A stretch of 64,000 nt of DNA, from positions 8,510 to 72,509 of the IMG/VR virus record IMGVR_UViG_3300005347_000205, one strand, 5' to 3'. Below the pieces are notes generated by a model that was given only the letters and a program-made list of their open reading frames with translations, was not told where the DNA came from and ran no database searches. Numbering within the stretch: position 1 is the first letter of the stretch; every line of letters begins with the position of its first letter. Below, piece by piece: positions 27,350 through 35,925 of the stretch. Both the position numbers and the translations under genes were made by a program. This DNA comes from a virus.

Positions 27350-27652
27350 ATGAACGATTCACTTACCGCCAATCCGCCATCGAATCCGCAAGTAGCGGAT
27401 CTGAGCTTCGTTACGTTCCGGAACGGCAAATGTGACATGTGGACACCTGAGCGCCCCGCCGATCGCGCCCAAGCGATTGAGATGGGTAAGGATTATGCCA
27501 GGGAAATGCTGGTGATGATCAGGGAGACCGACAATCCGCTCATTTTTGGAGCGGTCATCCGCACGATGACGAGCAACGGATTATGGGGCCCAGTCGAGAT
27601 GGGGTTCTGCTCGGTCCTCGGCATCGAGTTGCTGGGCGCCTTCAGCTTGTGA
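27350..27652 (+). CDS. Hypothetical protein
   Basis: GGGGAG RBS before ATG 27350. Confidence 0.6.
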   Translation: MNDSLTANPPSNPQVADLSFVTFRNGKCDMWTPERPADRAQAIEMGKDYAREMLVMIRETDNPLIFGAVIRTMTSNGLWGPVEMGFCSVLGIELLGAFSL

Positions 27653-27686
27653 AGCCACGTTGAAGGGCGGCTCAGGCCGCCCGGTT

Positions 27687-28862
27687 TCACGAGATCATTG
27701 CGATGTCACATCGTGTTCGCTGGATTTCACCATAATCGCGGTGATAGGTGATTACATTCATGTCACGGCCAGAGCGATACCCTTGCCCAGCGTGCCAGGC
27801 ATCTTTCGCAGCCAGAGTGCGAAAGGTCTCGACGATGACGCCGGGATGCTCTTTCGCCGACCAATGGTGGATGTGACCGCATAGCCAATAGCGGTGAACA
27901 GTTTCACCCCAATCAACCGCTCGATCCGTGGCCATGAGCAAAGGGAGCTCGCCAGATTTGCAAGCGTGCCCATGGTGGCTCCCGATCAGGACTCGGCCAA
28001 AGCGCATATATTTGTAGAGCGACGGTGACATATCCACGATCACGCGAGGCTGGTCGTTAAACCACGCATTGAGCGCTATGGCGAGAAGCTGGGAGATGTG
28101 GGGATCATGGTTGCCAGGCATCATCCACGCGTGGACCCGATCGTGCTTTTCCAGTAGCCGCCGCACACAGTAGACGATCGCCCGAAGCCCGACCTGGGCA
28201 ATCTTACCAAAGCGACTGTCAACATCGAGTTTGTTGCCGTGACCTGGTGTTTCGTTGCGCGAGTCGTCGGCATGGAAGAAATCGCCAAGGTTGAGCAGCA
28301 ACGCGGTCTTTGCGGCCGGCGCGGCCGATACGAGGCGATCAATAGCCGTACAGGTTATCCGCTCGGCTTCCTTGAGATCGAAATCATCACCGGTTTCGGC
28401 CGCCCAGCTATGCAGCCCGAAATGCGGATCTCCCATCGGGTACACCGCTAGGAGGTCTTCGTCAGTGGTCGCTGGGGGAGGCGTAAGCGGTGCCAGTCCT
28501 CGGACACCCTCTGTCGTCAGCCAGTCGACGAACTCGGCGATGATCTGCTGCTGCCAGTCATTGTCGCGTACCGACTTGACCCACTGCCCGCGGGCAACCC
28601 CGTCGCTATCGTAATAGGTGCTGACTCCCTTGACTGTGAAGCCGTCGGGGACGGTCTTCTTCATGTCATGTTCGGGACTGTGACCCTGCAGAGCAGCCTT
28701 CTTCCTGACGGCCGCGATGGATCGACCAACAGCACTCGGATGGACACCAAACCGCGCGGCCACGGCCTTGGCGCTACCTAGCTCAATGAGCGCATCGATA
28801 TATTCAGCCTGACGTGGCGCCGCCCAGCGTTTGAGCTCGGCGTCGATTTTCAGTGCGACCAT
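27687..28862 (-). CDS. Calcineurin-like metallophosphoesterase with N-terminal HTH
   Basis: GDPHFG, LGDFFH, GNHD, HHGH, GHIHH; HTH GSAKAVAARFGVHPSAV. Confidence 0.88.
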   Translation of the reverse strand: MVALKIDAELKRWAAPRQAEYIDALIELGSAKAVAARFGVHPSAVGRSIAAVRKKAALQGHSPEHDMKKTVPDGFTVKGVSTYYDSDGVARGQWVKSVRDNDWQQQIIAEFVDWLTTEGVRGLAPLTPPPATTDEDLLAVYPMGDPHFGLHSWAAETGDDFDLKEAERITCTAIDRLVSAAPAAKTALLLNLGDFFHADDSRNETPGHGNKLDVDSRFGKIAQVGLRAIVYCVRRLLEKHDRVHAWMMPGNHDPHISQLLAIALNAWFNDQPRVIVDMSPSLYKYMRFGRVLIGSHHGHACKSGELPLLMATDRAVDWGETVHRYWLCGHIHHWSAKEHPGVIVETFRTLAAKDAWHAGQGYRSGRDMNVITYHRDYGEIQRTRCDIAMIS

Positions 28863-28874
28863 GGTGACGGTCTC

Positions 28875-29111
28875 CTATTTGGAGAGATCGTCGTCCTGAT
28901 GCTGGCGGGATGTGATCCTGCGATAGAGGACGATCGAGGAATCAATGATCCGGATGATCATCCAGATCACGGTTAGAATGGTCGCAAGCTGCGGTAGCAC
29001 GTCCAGAAACACGGCGAGCAGCGTACCTACCGCGGCGAAATCGGTGGACAGCTTGAGCGTTTCGGCATGTTCCTGGACATATTGTATCACCACGCTGGCG
29101 CCATCCTTCAC
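28875..29111 (-). CDS. Small membrane protein (holin/antiholin-like)
   Basis: LPQLATILTVIWMIIRI; inside lysis cluster. Confidence 0.6.
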   Translation of the reverse strand: MKDGASVVIQYVQEHAETLKLSTDFAAVGTLLAVFLDVLPQLATILTVIWMIIRIIDSSIVLYRRITSRQHQDDDLSK

Positions 29112-29425
29112 TTTTCAGCGCGCGGGCAGCCCGCGACGACGGTTTCAAGGTCATTGAGCCGCGTAACGCGTAGGGGTCGCCCGGCTGCGAAAAGCTGGTA
29201 GCGTTCAGCGGCACTTGGCGCGCTGCGCAGAGCCTCGTCGCTATCTGGATAGATCGGAGCCGGTCCCAGGTAGGCCGGTACGCACGGGCTGGAAACCGGA
29301 ACCGGGCGATCGACCGTAACAATGCGTTCGGGCGGCCTAGCCTGATCATGAGCGCACCCGGTGAGAAAAAGCGCGAACCCGCAGGCAAAGACCGGCATCC
29401 AGATCATCGATAGGCGACGGATCAT
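29108..29425 (-). CDS. o-spanin-like lipoprotein
   Basis: Lipobox LTGC, Pro-rich VPVSSPCVP, follows i-spanin. Confidence 0.75.
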   Translation of the reverse strand: MIRRLSMIWMPVFACGFALFLTGCAHDQARPPERIVTVDRPVPVSSPCVPAYLGPAPIYPDSDEALRSAPSAAERYQLFAAGRPLRVTRLNDLETVVAGCPRAEK

Positions 29426-29865
29426 TTCAGGCTCTCCAGAACACGGGCGTCGATATCGCGGATCTGCGCTTCGAGCGTGTCACCCGTTGGCTTCGTCGCG
29501 AGGATAGACCCGGATGAACGGCGTGCCCGCTCACGATCGCGCTCGGCCGCTGCAAGCCGGTTGCTGGTTTCTGCCAGGCGCGCGGCATCGGTAGCTGCCT
29601 TGGCATCGAGTTCGGCTCGTGTGCGGGCGAGCGCGATCCGAAGCGTGGCGACATTGGTGTCTGACTGGGCGAGCTGGACCACCAGGCCGGTGTCGCGGTT
29701 GTTGATGCGATCGTCGAGGGCGCGGTTCTGCCGCTTGACCTGACCGAGATCGATCCGGGTCGTGATCAGGAGGAAGCCCAAAATTAGGGTTCCGGCCACT
29801 CCCGCGACGCCGGCGATCTTGAAGCCGAGACTTCCGAGCAGACGGGCTACAGCTGTAGTGATCAT
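29422..29865 (-). CDS. i-spanin-like protein
   Basis: N-terminal TM then coiled coil; ATG 29865. Confidence 0.7.
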   Translation of the reverse strand: MITTAVARLLGSLGFKIAGVAGVAGTLILGFLLITTRIDLGQVKRQNRALDDRINNRDTGLVVQLAQSDTNVATLRIALARTRAELDAKAATDAARLAETSNRLAAAERDRERARRSSGSILATKPTGDTLEAQIRDIDARVLESLK

Positions 29866-30170
29866 AGTGGAAACTCCGGTAGATCGACCGTCTGGCCCGC
29901 GAGCGCATGCGTGCTGTCGCCGCAAAACTCGATCCGTCCGCCCCGCACGAAGCTGTGGCACCGCTTCGTCAGGCCGGGCCAAGTGACAAGGATCGACGGC
30001 GAAAAGGTCGGGGCGGCTGCGTTGCCGTCATATTCCCATCGTGGCCCTCTGGCTGGGTCGGCAACGCCGACGCCGTGGGGCTTGTCACAACCTGGGCAGT
30101 GGAACCACATTTCCCCCTCATGCTCGCGCAGGAGTGGTGACGGTTTCGCCATATCAGCGAACGCCGTCAT
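29862..30170 (-). CDS. DUF6527 family protein
   Basis: FHCPGC..H, W.YDGN...PTFSPSILV, CHSFVRGGRIEFCGDSTHALAGQTVDLP. Confidence 0.8.
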   Translation of the reverse strand: MTAFADMAKPSPLLREHEGEMWFHCPGCDKPHGVGVADPARGPRWEYDGNAAAPTFSPSILVTWPGLTKRCHSFVRGGRIEFCGDSTHALAGQTVDLPEFPL

Positions 30171-30790
30171 GCCTCGTTCTCCGATATCGCGCCGCTGCGC
30201 TTCAGTCGAAACGGGCGCACGGACGCCGGTGGTGTATGATATTCGGGGCGGCGGATGGCGACGCAGCGCCTCTTGGCGATCCAGGTGAAGCTGACGGCAT
30301 CACCCTGGTTGAAGCCGAGGACACGGTAATAGTCGCTGTCCTCGCCGATATAGAAGCCGACATGACCAGAGCGGGTAGTCGCGCCAGGTTGAGTTCGATC
30401 GAAGACCAGCACGTCACCGAGGGAAGCCAATAAGGCGTTCGCAAATATTAGCGGCAGATCGACCATTAAGCCTTGTCGCAGCGCGACAGGCGTGCCGAAC
30501 TTCGCCCAGTTGAGGGCATAGAGCGGGCCTTCGGGAATCCGCTTTCCCGCACGGAGGCAGCTGATGGAAACGCCGAGGCCACACCACGGAATCGAGTCAG
30601 CGGTGTATTTCCAACCAATTCGCTGCTCGCCGAGTTCGGCGGCCCATTCCATGATGACCGGGTTGTTATCCGACCCGACCTTTTCCTTGACGCCATATAG
30701 CTTGAGGGCCTCGTCGATGACGCGCGGCAACGGGGTCTGATGAAGCACCCAGGCGTCAGCGAGCGGTACGGCCGCATAGCCAGTCGTCAT
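30167..30790 (-). CDS. Endolysin, TIGR02594 (NlpC/P60/CHAP-like) peptidase
   Basis: NNPVIMEWA, DSIPWCG, GDVLVFDR, GHVGFY, VLGFNQGDAV. Confidence 0.88.
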   Translation of the reverse strand: MTTGYAAVPLADAWVLHQTPLPRVIDEALKLYGVKEKVGSDNNPVIMEWAAELGEQRIGWKYTADSIPWCGLGVSISCLRAGKRIPEGPLYALNWAKFGTPVALRQGLMVDLPLIFANALLASLGDVLVFDRTQPGATTRSGHVGFYIGEDSDYYRVLGFNQGDAVSFTWIAKRRCVAIRRPEYHTPPASVRPFRLKRSGAISENEA

Positions 30791-31095
30791 TCCGACGCTC
30801 CAGTTTTGCTGTCGGCATCGATTTCAAGGCCCGTGCCGGCCGGGCCGCTGGCCTTGACCCTCACCGCGGCGAGGGTAACGATGATCACCGCGATCAGAGA
30901 CAGAACGATCAGCAGAGACCAACCGATATAGTCTAGCCGCCGGGCGGCGAGTTCGATCGGCCAGTCGCCCTGCCATACGATCATGACGAGGGCGACCGCG
31001 GCCGCTGTGAGGACAGGTCCGCCACCGATCAGCGCCCACAGCCGCAGAGGCGCGAGCCTAGTCAGAGGGTTCAGATGGCGGACCAGCCACTCCAT
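30787..31095 (-). CDS. Putative holin (2 TM)
   Basis: Two TM segments immediately upstream of the endolysin. Confidence 0.65.
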   Translation of the reverse strand: MEWLVRHLNPLTRLAPLRLWALIGGGPVLTAAAVALVMIVWQGDWPIELAARRLDYIGWSLLIVLSLIAVIIVTLAAVRVKASGPAGTGLEIDADSKTGASE

Positions 31096-31101
31096 TCCGG
31101 A

Positions 31102-31449
31102 TTACTTCGCCACCCGGACGCGCAGGGTGCCGGAGGCGAGATCTAGGGTGCCACCGCTCTCGTTCTGGAAGCGCACCGCTACGGTATTGGCGGCCGACAC
31201 ATAGGCGCTGAGCGTAATCCCCTGAAGGTCCAGGCTGAACGAAACACCGGTGACGAAATCACCCAGCGCCGCGCCGGTTACGGTTACCGTGGTGGTCGTG
31301 CCCGCCCCGTCGGCAAGACTGGGGGGATCATAAGTGGCGCTGCCGGCGATACCGTCGAGGATCGCCATCGCCGCTTTGTACGACCGCTTGAACTGGGTAT
31401 CGCCGAGCGTATCGAGCGGGAGGCTGCGGACCGGAGTCTTCTTTGCCAT
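31102..31449 (-). CDS. Tail-fibre-associated protein
   Basis: SATYDPPSLADG..TTVTVTGAALGDFV..YVSAANTVAVRF fibre C-terminal module. Confidence 0.7.
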   Translation of the reverse strand: MAKKTPVRSLPLDTLGDTQFKRSYKAAMAILDGIAGSATYDPPSLADGAGTTTTVTVTGAALGDFVTGVSFSLDLQGITLSAYVSAANTVAVRFQNESGGTLDLASGTLRVRVAK

Positions 31450-31491
31450 CGTTGACTGTTCCTTCGTTGCGGCTAAGACTTGGGTTGAATA

Positions 31492-31506
31492 TCACTATTA
31501 TAGTGA
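31492..31506. promoter_or_regulatory. Palindromic operator
   Basis: TCACT-ATTAT-AGTGA. Confidence 0.7.
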
Positions 31507-31520
31507 AATTACAATCAGCC

Positions 31521-32189
31521 CTATTGGACGGCCTTCAAGGTGATCCGCAGCCTGGCAATTGTGCCGTCGGTCGTTCCCGGAGCTATCAGGCTCAATAGAT
31601 CGCCGGCGGCAAAGGAGAGCGATCCACCAGTGGTGGTGAATGTCGCGACGCCACCAGTCGAAATGCTGATGCTACCGACGCTCGACCCATTCTTGCGGAC
31701 ATCGATCAGGAATGTCGACGCGGGATTGGTTCCTACAGAGGCTCGTGAGCCGGCTAAGTCGTCGGCAAAGACGGTGCTCTCGACGAACATCTGGTCGAGC
31801 AGGATCTGGGACGATGTCGGAGCGGGTACCGAGAAGCAGGAAAAACTCACGGAACGCGGAGGCGTTACCCAAGCGCTGCCATTCCATACGACCAGCAGAT
31901 CCTCATCCTGCAGCCACGCGCGCAGCCCCTCGAATGCGGTGATATAGACCCATCCCCCGTTATCACGCGCCGCCACCTCGTTCGGATGGCTTCCGGCGCC
32001 CGATGGCACGATATAAAGATCACCGTTCGTCGGGCTTCCGGGTAGCGCGGTGACCCGCGACTTGACCGTCAGCTGGGGTAGAAGCGAAAGCCTCAACAGG
32101 TTGGCGTTCATGGATGCTGTCCATCCGTCCTCACCGCCCGAATAATCTCCAGTCAGCCCCATAGGCCCGGCCAAATTGCGCGCTGTCAT
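31521..32189 (-). CDS. DUF2793-domain tail protein
   Basis: PGSPTNGDLYIVP..W.....EGLRAW..DE....WNGSAW; ATG 32189. Confidence 0.85.
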   Translation of the reverse strand: MTARNLAGPMGLTGDYSGGEDGWTASMNANLLRLSLLPQLTVKSRVTALPGSPTNGDLYIVPSGAGSHPNEVAARDNGGWVYITAFEGLRAWLQDEDLLVVWNGSAWVTPPRSVSFSCFSVPAPTSSQILLDQMFVESTVFADDLAGSRASVGTNPASTFLIDVRKNGSSVGSISISTGGVATFTTTGGSLSFAAGDLLSLIAPGTTDGTIARLRITLKAVQ

Positions 32190-32200
32190 TGCCGCCTCCG

Positions 32201-34606
32201 TTAGTAGATGAAGAAAAAGCCCCACGGGAAAGGCGGGAACTGATAGCCGGGGGCCGGCTGATATTCCGCTCCCGGTGGCGACGGATCGGGATCTCCTGGC
32301 GGCGGATCGTCGTTTGTGCCGCCCCAGTTGTCACCCCAGTTGTCGCCCCAACCATTCGGTCGAACCTTGACGCGGACCGTGTGCCCCTGAAGCGATTCGA
32401 GTCCGTCCCGCTTGGACGTGACACGGACATCGGCAACCGCCCTGTCCCCGAAGGATGCGATCGGGACGCTGAAGCTGGTACCCGTCAGTCCGTCATGGGT
32501 AGCAAGGGTGGTACCGTTGATATCGATCACGCGCACGGTCGTCGTCTGCCCAGGTTCCGGCGTCATCGAACCGTCGGTCCAGCCGAGTACCTGACTGTCC
32601 TCCATGGTTCGGTTCCTGATCGCCCAGGCGACTGGAACGAGCGTCGGATTGCTGGCCGAGATGTCGATCGTGCCGAAGGATGCGCCGGCGACAGCAACAT
32701 TTGCTGGCCTGTTCGGCAGATAAGGGCGACCTGTGAGAACGACGCCGGAAAGTGGCGCCTCGTCGATCGACAGCGTCCCCTTCGAGGTGGTCGGGAGCAT
32801 CTTGTAGACGACACTTTCCCCCGCGGAGTGGATGTTGTTGGTGTCGATGAAATTGGTGTTGACGGATAGGAACCAGCAGGGCGTCCCGGTGGGCCAGTCG
32901 CGTGGAACGGTATCGAGCACTCCGCGCTTAAGATTGAAGCCGTTGTCGTCGATCGACTGGATCAGCGCGATCTCTTGCCCACCTTCCGGTTGATTGCCGA
33001 TGAAGATGAACGCCGCGCTCCGTGGGCCCAGACCGCCAGTTACCACGCCGAAGCTGAGGACCGTGCTCAGCGCGGCAGCCGGGAGCGGTTCGATAAGCTG
33101 CGCGTAGCCGAGCAGCGGTTTGACACCGGCGAGGTCACCGACAACTTCGCCGTTGGGCTGGGTCACCTGGCCTATCAACTGGTAGTCGACCGTGTCATCG
33201 ATGTTCGAGCTGGCCAGCATTGCAGCGAAGACTTCGGGATAGTCGAGCGTGTCGGCTTCTGCCTGCGCGAGCGCGGCGGACATGAAAAATCCCGGCGCGG
33301 TGATCAACCGCACGAAGTCGAGCGGGCTCGGAGGCGTGGCCGGGTTGACCCATGCCGATGTCTCAGGGTCTTCGAACGCGGACGCGGGCAGCGAGAAGAG
33401 ATCCTCGGTCGCGGATATCTTGATTACCGCGTCGCCTGGCTTTCCATAGTCAATCTGGGCAATGCGGAGGATCAGACCATCGATCCCATATTCTGGGTAA
33501 ACCAGCTTGACGCAGCCGCCGGGTACAAAATTCCAGGCCGACCGGTTCACCTCTATCTCGAAGGCTGCAAGCGGCGACGAAGATAGTGCGAGGTCGCGTT
33601 GGGCGAGCCTGAGTGCCAGGTCGCGATTGCGTACCCCATAATAATTGCGCGAGTCCGAGATCGTCGCGCCCTGTATGACGATATTCGCCAGATTCTGCGC
33701 TGTGACCGTTTCCTCTTGCTCATTTTCAGGATTGGTCCATGTGACGACGATTTCGTTGACAGTCTCCCCCCAGGCTTTTCGATCGAAGCTGCTTACAGTG
33801 CAGTTATCTGGATCAAGCACCGGCAGGGCGTCGGCATCATAGTCGTTACGTATCAGCTTGAGCGTCATCAGCCCGTCACGCGGATTGATGAACAGCGTTG
33901 CCTGAATATGGTCGAGAACTTCGCTGACAAAGGTCTCGATCTCGCTTTGACGCGTCCACTGAAGCGACATGCCGAAACCTTCGGCTGCCAGCTGCTGCGC
34001 CGCCGATACGAATGCGCTGGTGTTGATCAGGCTCGGACTCATGCCCGCACCCCAGGCAGTGTTGACCAGGCATTCGTAGATGATTGCAGCGGGGTTGGCA
34101 TCATCCCCAATCATGCGGAGCGAGGTACTCAGCACCTTCGGGCTTCGCTTCACCTTCATCCAAATGTCACGAAGATAGGGGTTGTTAGTACCCCACATGA
34201 AACCCTGGAACGTCGCGGGAAAATACAGACCCCACAGGATCGGCTCGCCCGTGCCCTGGATGCCGCTCGCGCCTCCGGAGAACCATACGGACGCGAGGCC
34301 GCGATAACCCGGTGCCGTATCCGGCGTGAGACCTACTTTGGACGCGAGATAAGCCGGAAGCTTCTGATTGCTGTCCCCAGGCAGATAATGAGCATAGCCT
34401 ACGAGCCCGCCTTCCTTCTTCTGTCCGCCAAACAGATCTGGACGATTGATCGCAATGGCGCTCTCTGTCGACACCGAGCCTGACCAGGCTTCCTTTTCGC
34501 CGACATAGATGCCTTCTATCGAGTCCACCGGCCCATGGCAGATGCCGTAATGGATCGACATCCGGTAATCGGTGATCTCTATCTTGGCACTGCCGGACTT
34601 ACCCAC
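32201..34606 (-). CDS. Central tail tip/hub protein (Chi-like phage tail protein)
   Basis: HYGICHGPVD, PGYRG, DANPAAIIYECL, RGVLDTVP, GWGDNWG. Confidence 0.85.
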   Translation of the reverse strand: MGKSGSAKIEITDYRMSIHYGICHGPVDSIEGIYVGEKEAWSGSVSTESAIAINRPDLFGGQKKEGGLVGYAHYLPGDSNQKLPAYLASKVGLTPDTAPGYRGLASVWFSGGASGIQGTGEPILWGLYFPATFQGFMWGTNNPYLRDIWMKVKRSPKVLSTSLRMIGDDANPAAIIYECLVNTAWGAGMSPSLINTSAFVSAAQQLAAEGFGMSLQWTRQSEIETFVSEVLDHIQATLFINPRDGLMTLKLIRNDYDADALPVLDPDNCTVSSFDRKAWGETVNEIVVTWTNPENEQEETVTAQNLANIVIQGATISDSRNYYGVRNRDLALRLAQRDLALSSSPLAAFEIEVNRSAWNFVPGGCVKLVYPEYGIDGLILRIAQIDYGKPGDAVIKISATEDLFSLPASAFEDPETSAWVNPATPPSPLDFVRLITAPGFFMSAALAQAEADTLDYPEVFAAMLASSNIDDTVDYQLIGQVTQPNGEVVGDLAGVKPLLGYAQLIEPLPAAALSTVLSFGVVTGGLGPRSAAFIFIGNQPEGGQEIALIQSIDDNGFNLKRGVLDTVPRDWPTGTPCWFLSVNTNFIDTNNIHSAGESVVYKMLPTTSKGTLSIDEAPLSGVVLTGRPYLPNRPANVAVAGASFGTIDISASNPTLVPVAWAIRNRTMEDSQVLGWTDGSMTPEPGQTTTVRVIDINGTTLATHDGLTGTSFSVPIASFGDRAVADVRVTSKRDGLESLQGHTVRVKVRPNGWGDNWGDNWGGTNDDPPPGDPDPSPPGAEYQPAPGYQFPPFPWGFFFIY

Positions 34607-34790
34607 CGCGACGCTCCTCGGCCAGCTTCACAACCCGCTCGGCCAGTGCATCTCCGGTGGCGACGAGTTGATCAGCCTCGATGCCGTTTTCTAGGAAGTC
34701 CCGGAAATCGAGCCCGTGGGTAGCGAACCAGCCTCTGACTCCGCGGACGCAATGTCCGGCGCGCCGCATGTCGTCGATGCGGATGATCAT
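34599..34790 (-). CDS. Small tail assembly protein
   Basis: CVRGVRGWFATHGLDFRDFL..GI conserved in Chi-like tails. Confidence 0.8.
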   Translation of the reverse strand: MIIRIDDMRRAGHCVRGVRGWFATHGLDFRDFLENGIEADQLVATGDALAERVVKLAEERRGG

Positions 34791-35014
34791 GCCTTGATCT
34801 TGTAAGTCGACATCGACTTGTCACCGTACCATAGACAGTTCGGACTCTTGATCAGCATGCGACCGAACGGCACCGGTATTTCGCGCCCGGCCTCCGCTGT
34901 TGGCCCGTCCATCTCCTTTGCTGCCTCGGGCTTCGGAGCTTTCGGGCGCGGCATCAGCACATAGCTGACCACCAGGAGAGCAATCGCGATCAGGAAAGGT
35001 ATCAGAAATGCCAT
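34787..35014 (-). CDS. Small tail assembly protein
   Basis: TM then PTAEAGREIPVPFG..NCLWYGD. Confidence 0.85.
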   Translation of the reverse strand: MAFLIPFLIAIALLVVSYVLMPRPKAPKPEAAKEMDGPTAEAGREIPVPFGRMLIKSPNCLWYGDKSMSTYKIKA

Positions 35015-35026
35015 CGGCGTTGAATA

Positions 35027-35041
35027 TCACTTTTTTGTTGA
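35027..35041. promoter_or_regulatory. Palindromic operator
   Basis: TCACT-TTTTT-GTTGA. Confidence 0.65.
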
Positions 35042-35079
35042 AATCGGAAGTCGGTGTCGCTCGGATACGACGATAATAT

Positions 35080-35925
35080 TCAATAGAACCGGTTTACGAA
35101 ACCGATGGGATTCTCCAACGGTATCCACGGATCGCCACCGAAATTGTTGATGTTGTTGAATACAACCGAGCAGTCTCCCCCATTTATCCCTTTGTGATTG
35201 CAACCTAACGACACCTTCACATAATCACCAGCTTGCAGCTCGTGTGGGAGCCCGTCGAGCAGAATGTTTTGGCTTAGATGATATGCGCGCAAGATCGTCC
35301 GCAGTTCACTCCGGCCAGAGCGCGTGAATTCGAACAGCCCGCCGATGAACTTGATCGCTGACTGGCCGGAGCCATTCTCCCAGCCCGGCTCCATGGTGAG
35401 CTGCGCACCCGATATAGCGATAACCTGCCGCGTCCAGGTGAACTGATTGCGATCAGCACGGCACTGCGGTCCGTAAAGTGCATGGGGGCAACCATATTGA
35501 TAACGCTGGCGGAGACCGGGGCGCCGCATCGATGTATTGATCGGCTCGCAAGCCAGCGATGCCTCGGACCCTTCGCGCGGCGCACTGACGACACGACCAC
35601 TATATATGGCAAGAAACTCAGAGTCCGGGTCGCCATAGTGACCCTGGAAAATCGTCACCCCGACCACCTCCGACGGTGGAAAAACACGGAAGAGTTCCGC
35701 CACTTCACAATCGTGAGGTACGTTGATCTTGATCTGCGACTTGTCGAGCGATCCCGATGTAGATACCGAATCTCGGTCGATAGCCAGCGGCATGTACGAG
35801 ATGCCATTGAAGGTGATGGGTTCCTCGGCGTCTGTGTAGGCGTAGACATCGGTGAACACCGTGAAACGGTACAACGTGTCCGGGGAGCCGAGCGAGCGGC
35901 TGTTCTCACGGCTGCCGAAGCTCAT
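35080..35925 (-). CDS. BR0599/DUF2163 tail hub protein
   Basis: YQYGCPHALYGPQC, GCNH...C...FNNINNFGGDPWIP. Confidence 0.88.
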   Translation of the reverse strand: MSFGSRENSRSLGSPDTLYRFTVFTDVYAYTDAEEPITFNGISYMPLAIDRDSVSTSGSLDKSQIKINVPHDCEVAELFRVFPPSEVVGVTIFQGHYGDPDSEFLAIYSGRVVSAPREGSEASLACEPINTSMRRPGLRQRYQYGCPHALYGPQCRADRNQFTWTRQVIAISGAQLTMEPGWENGSGQSAIKFIGGLFEFTRSGRSELRTILRAYHLSQNILLDGLPHELQAGDYVKVSLGCNHKGINGGDCSVVFNNINNFGGDPWIPLENPIGFVNRFY

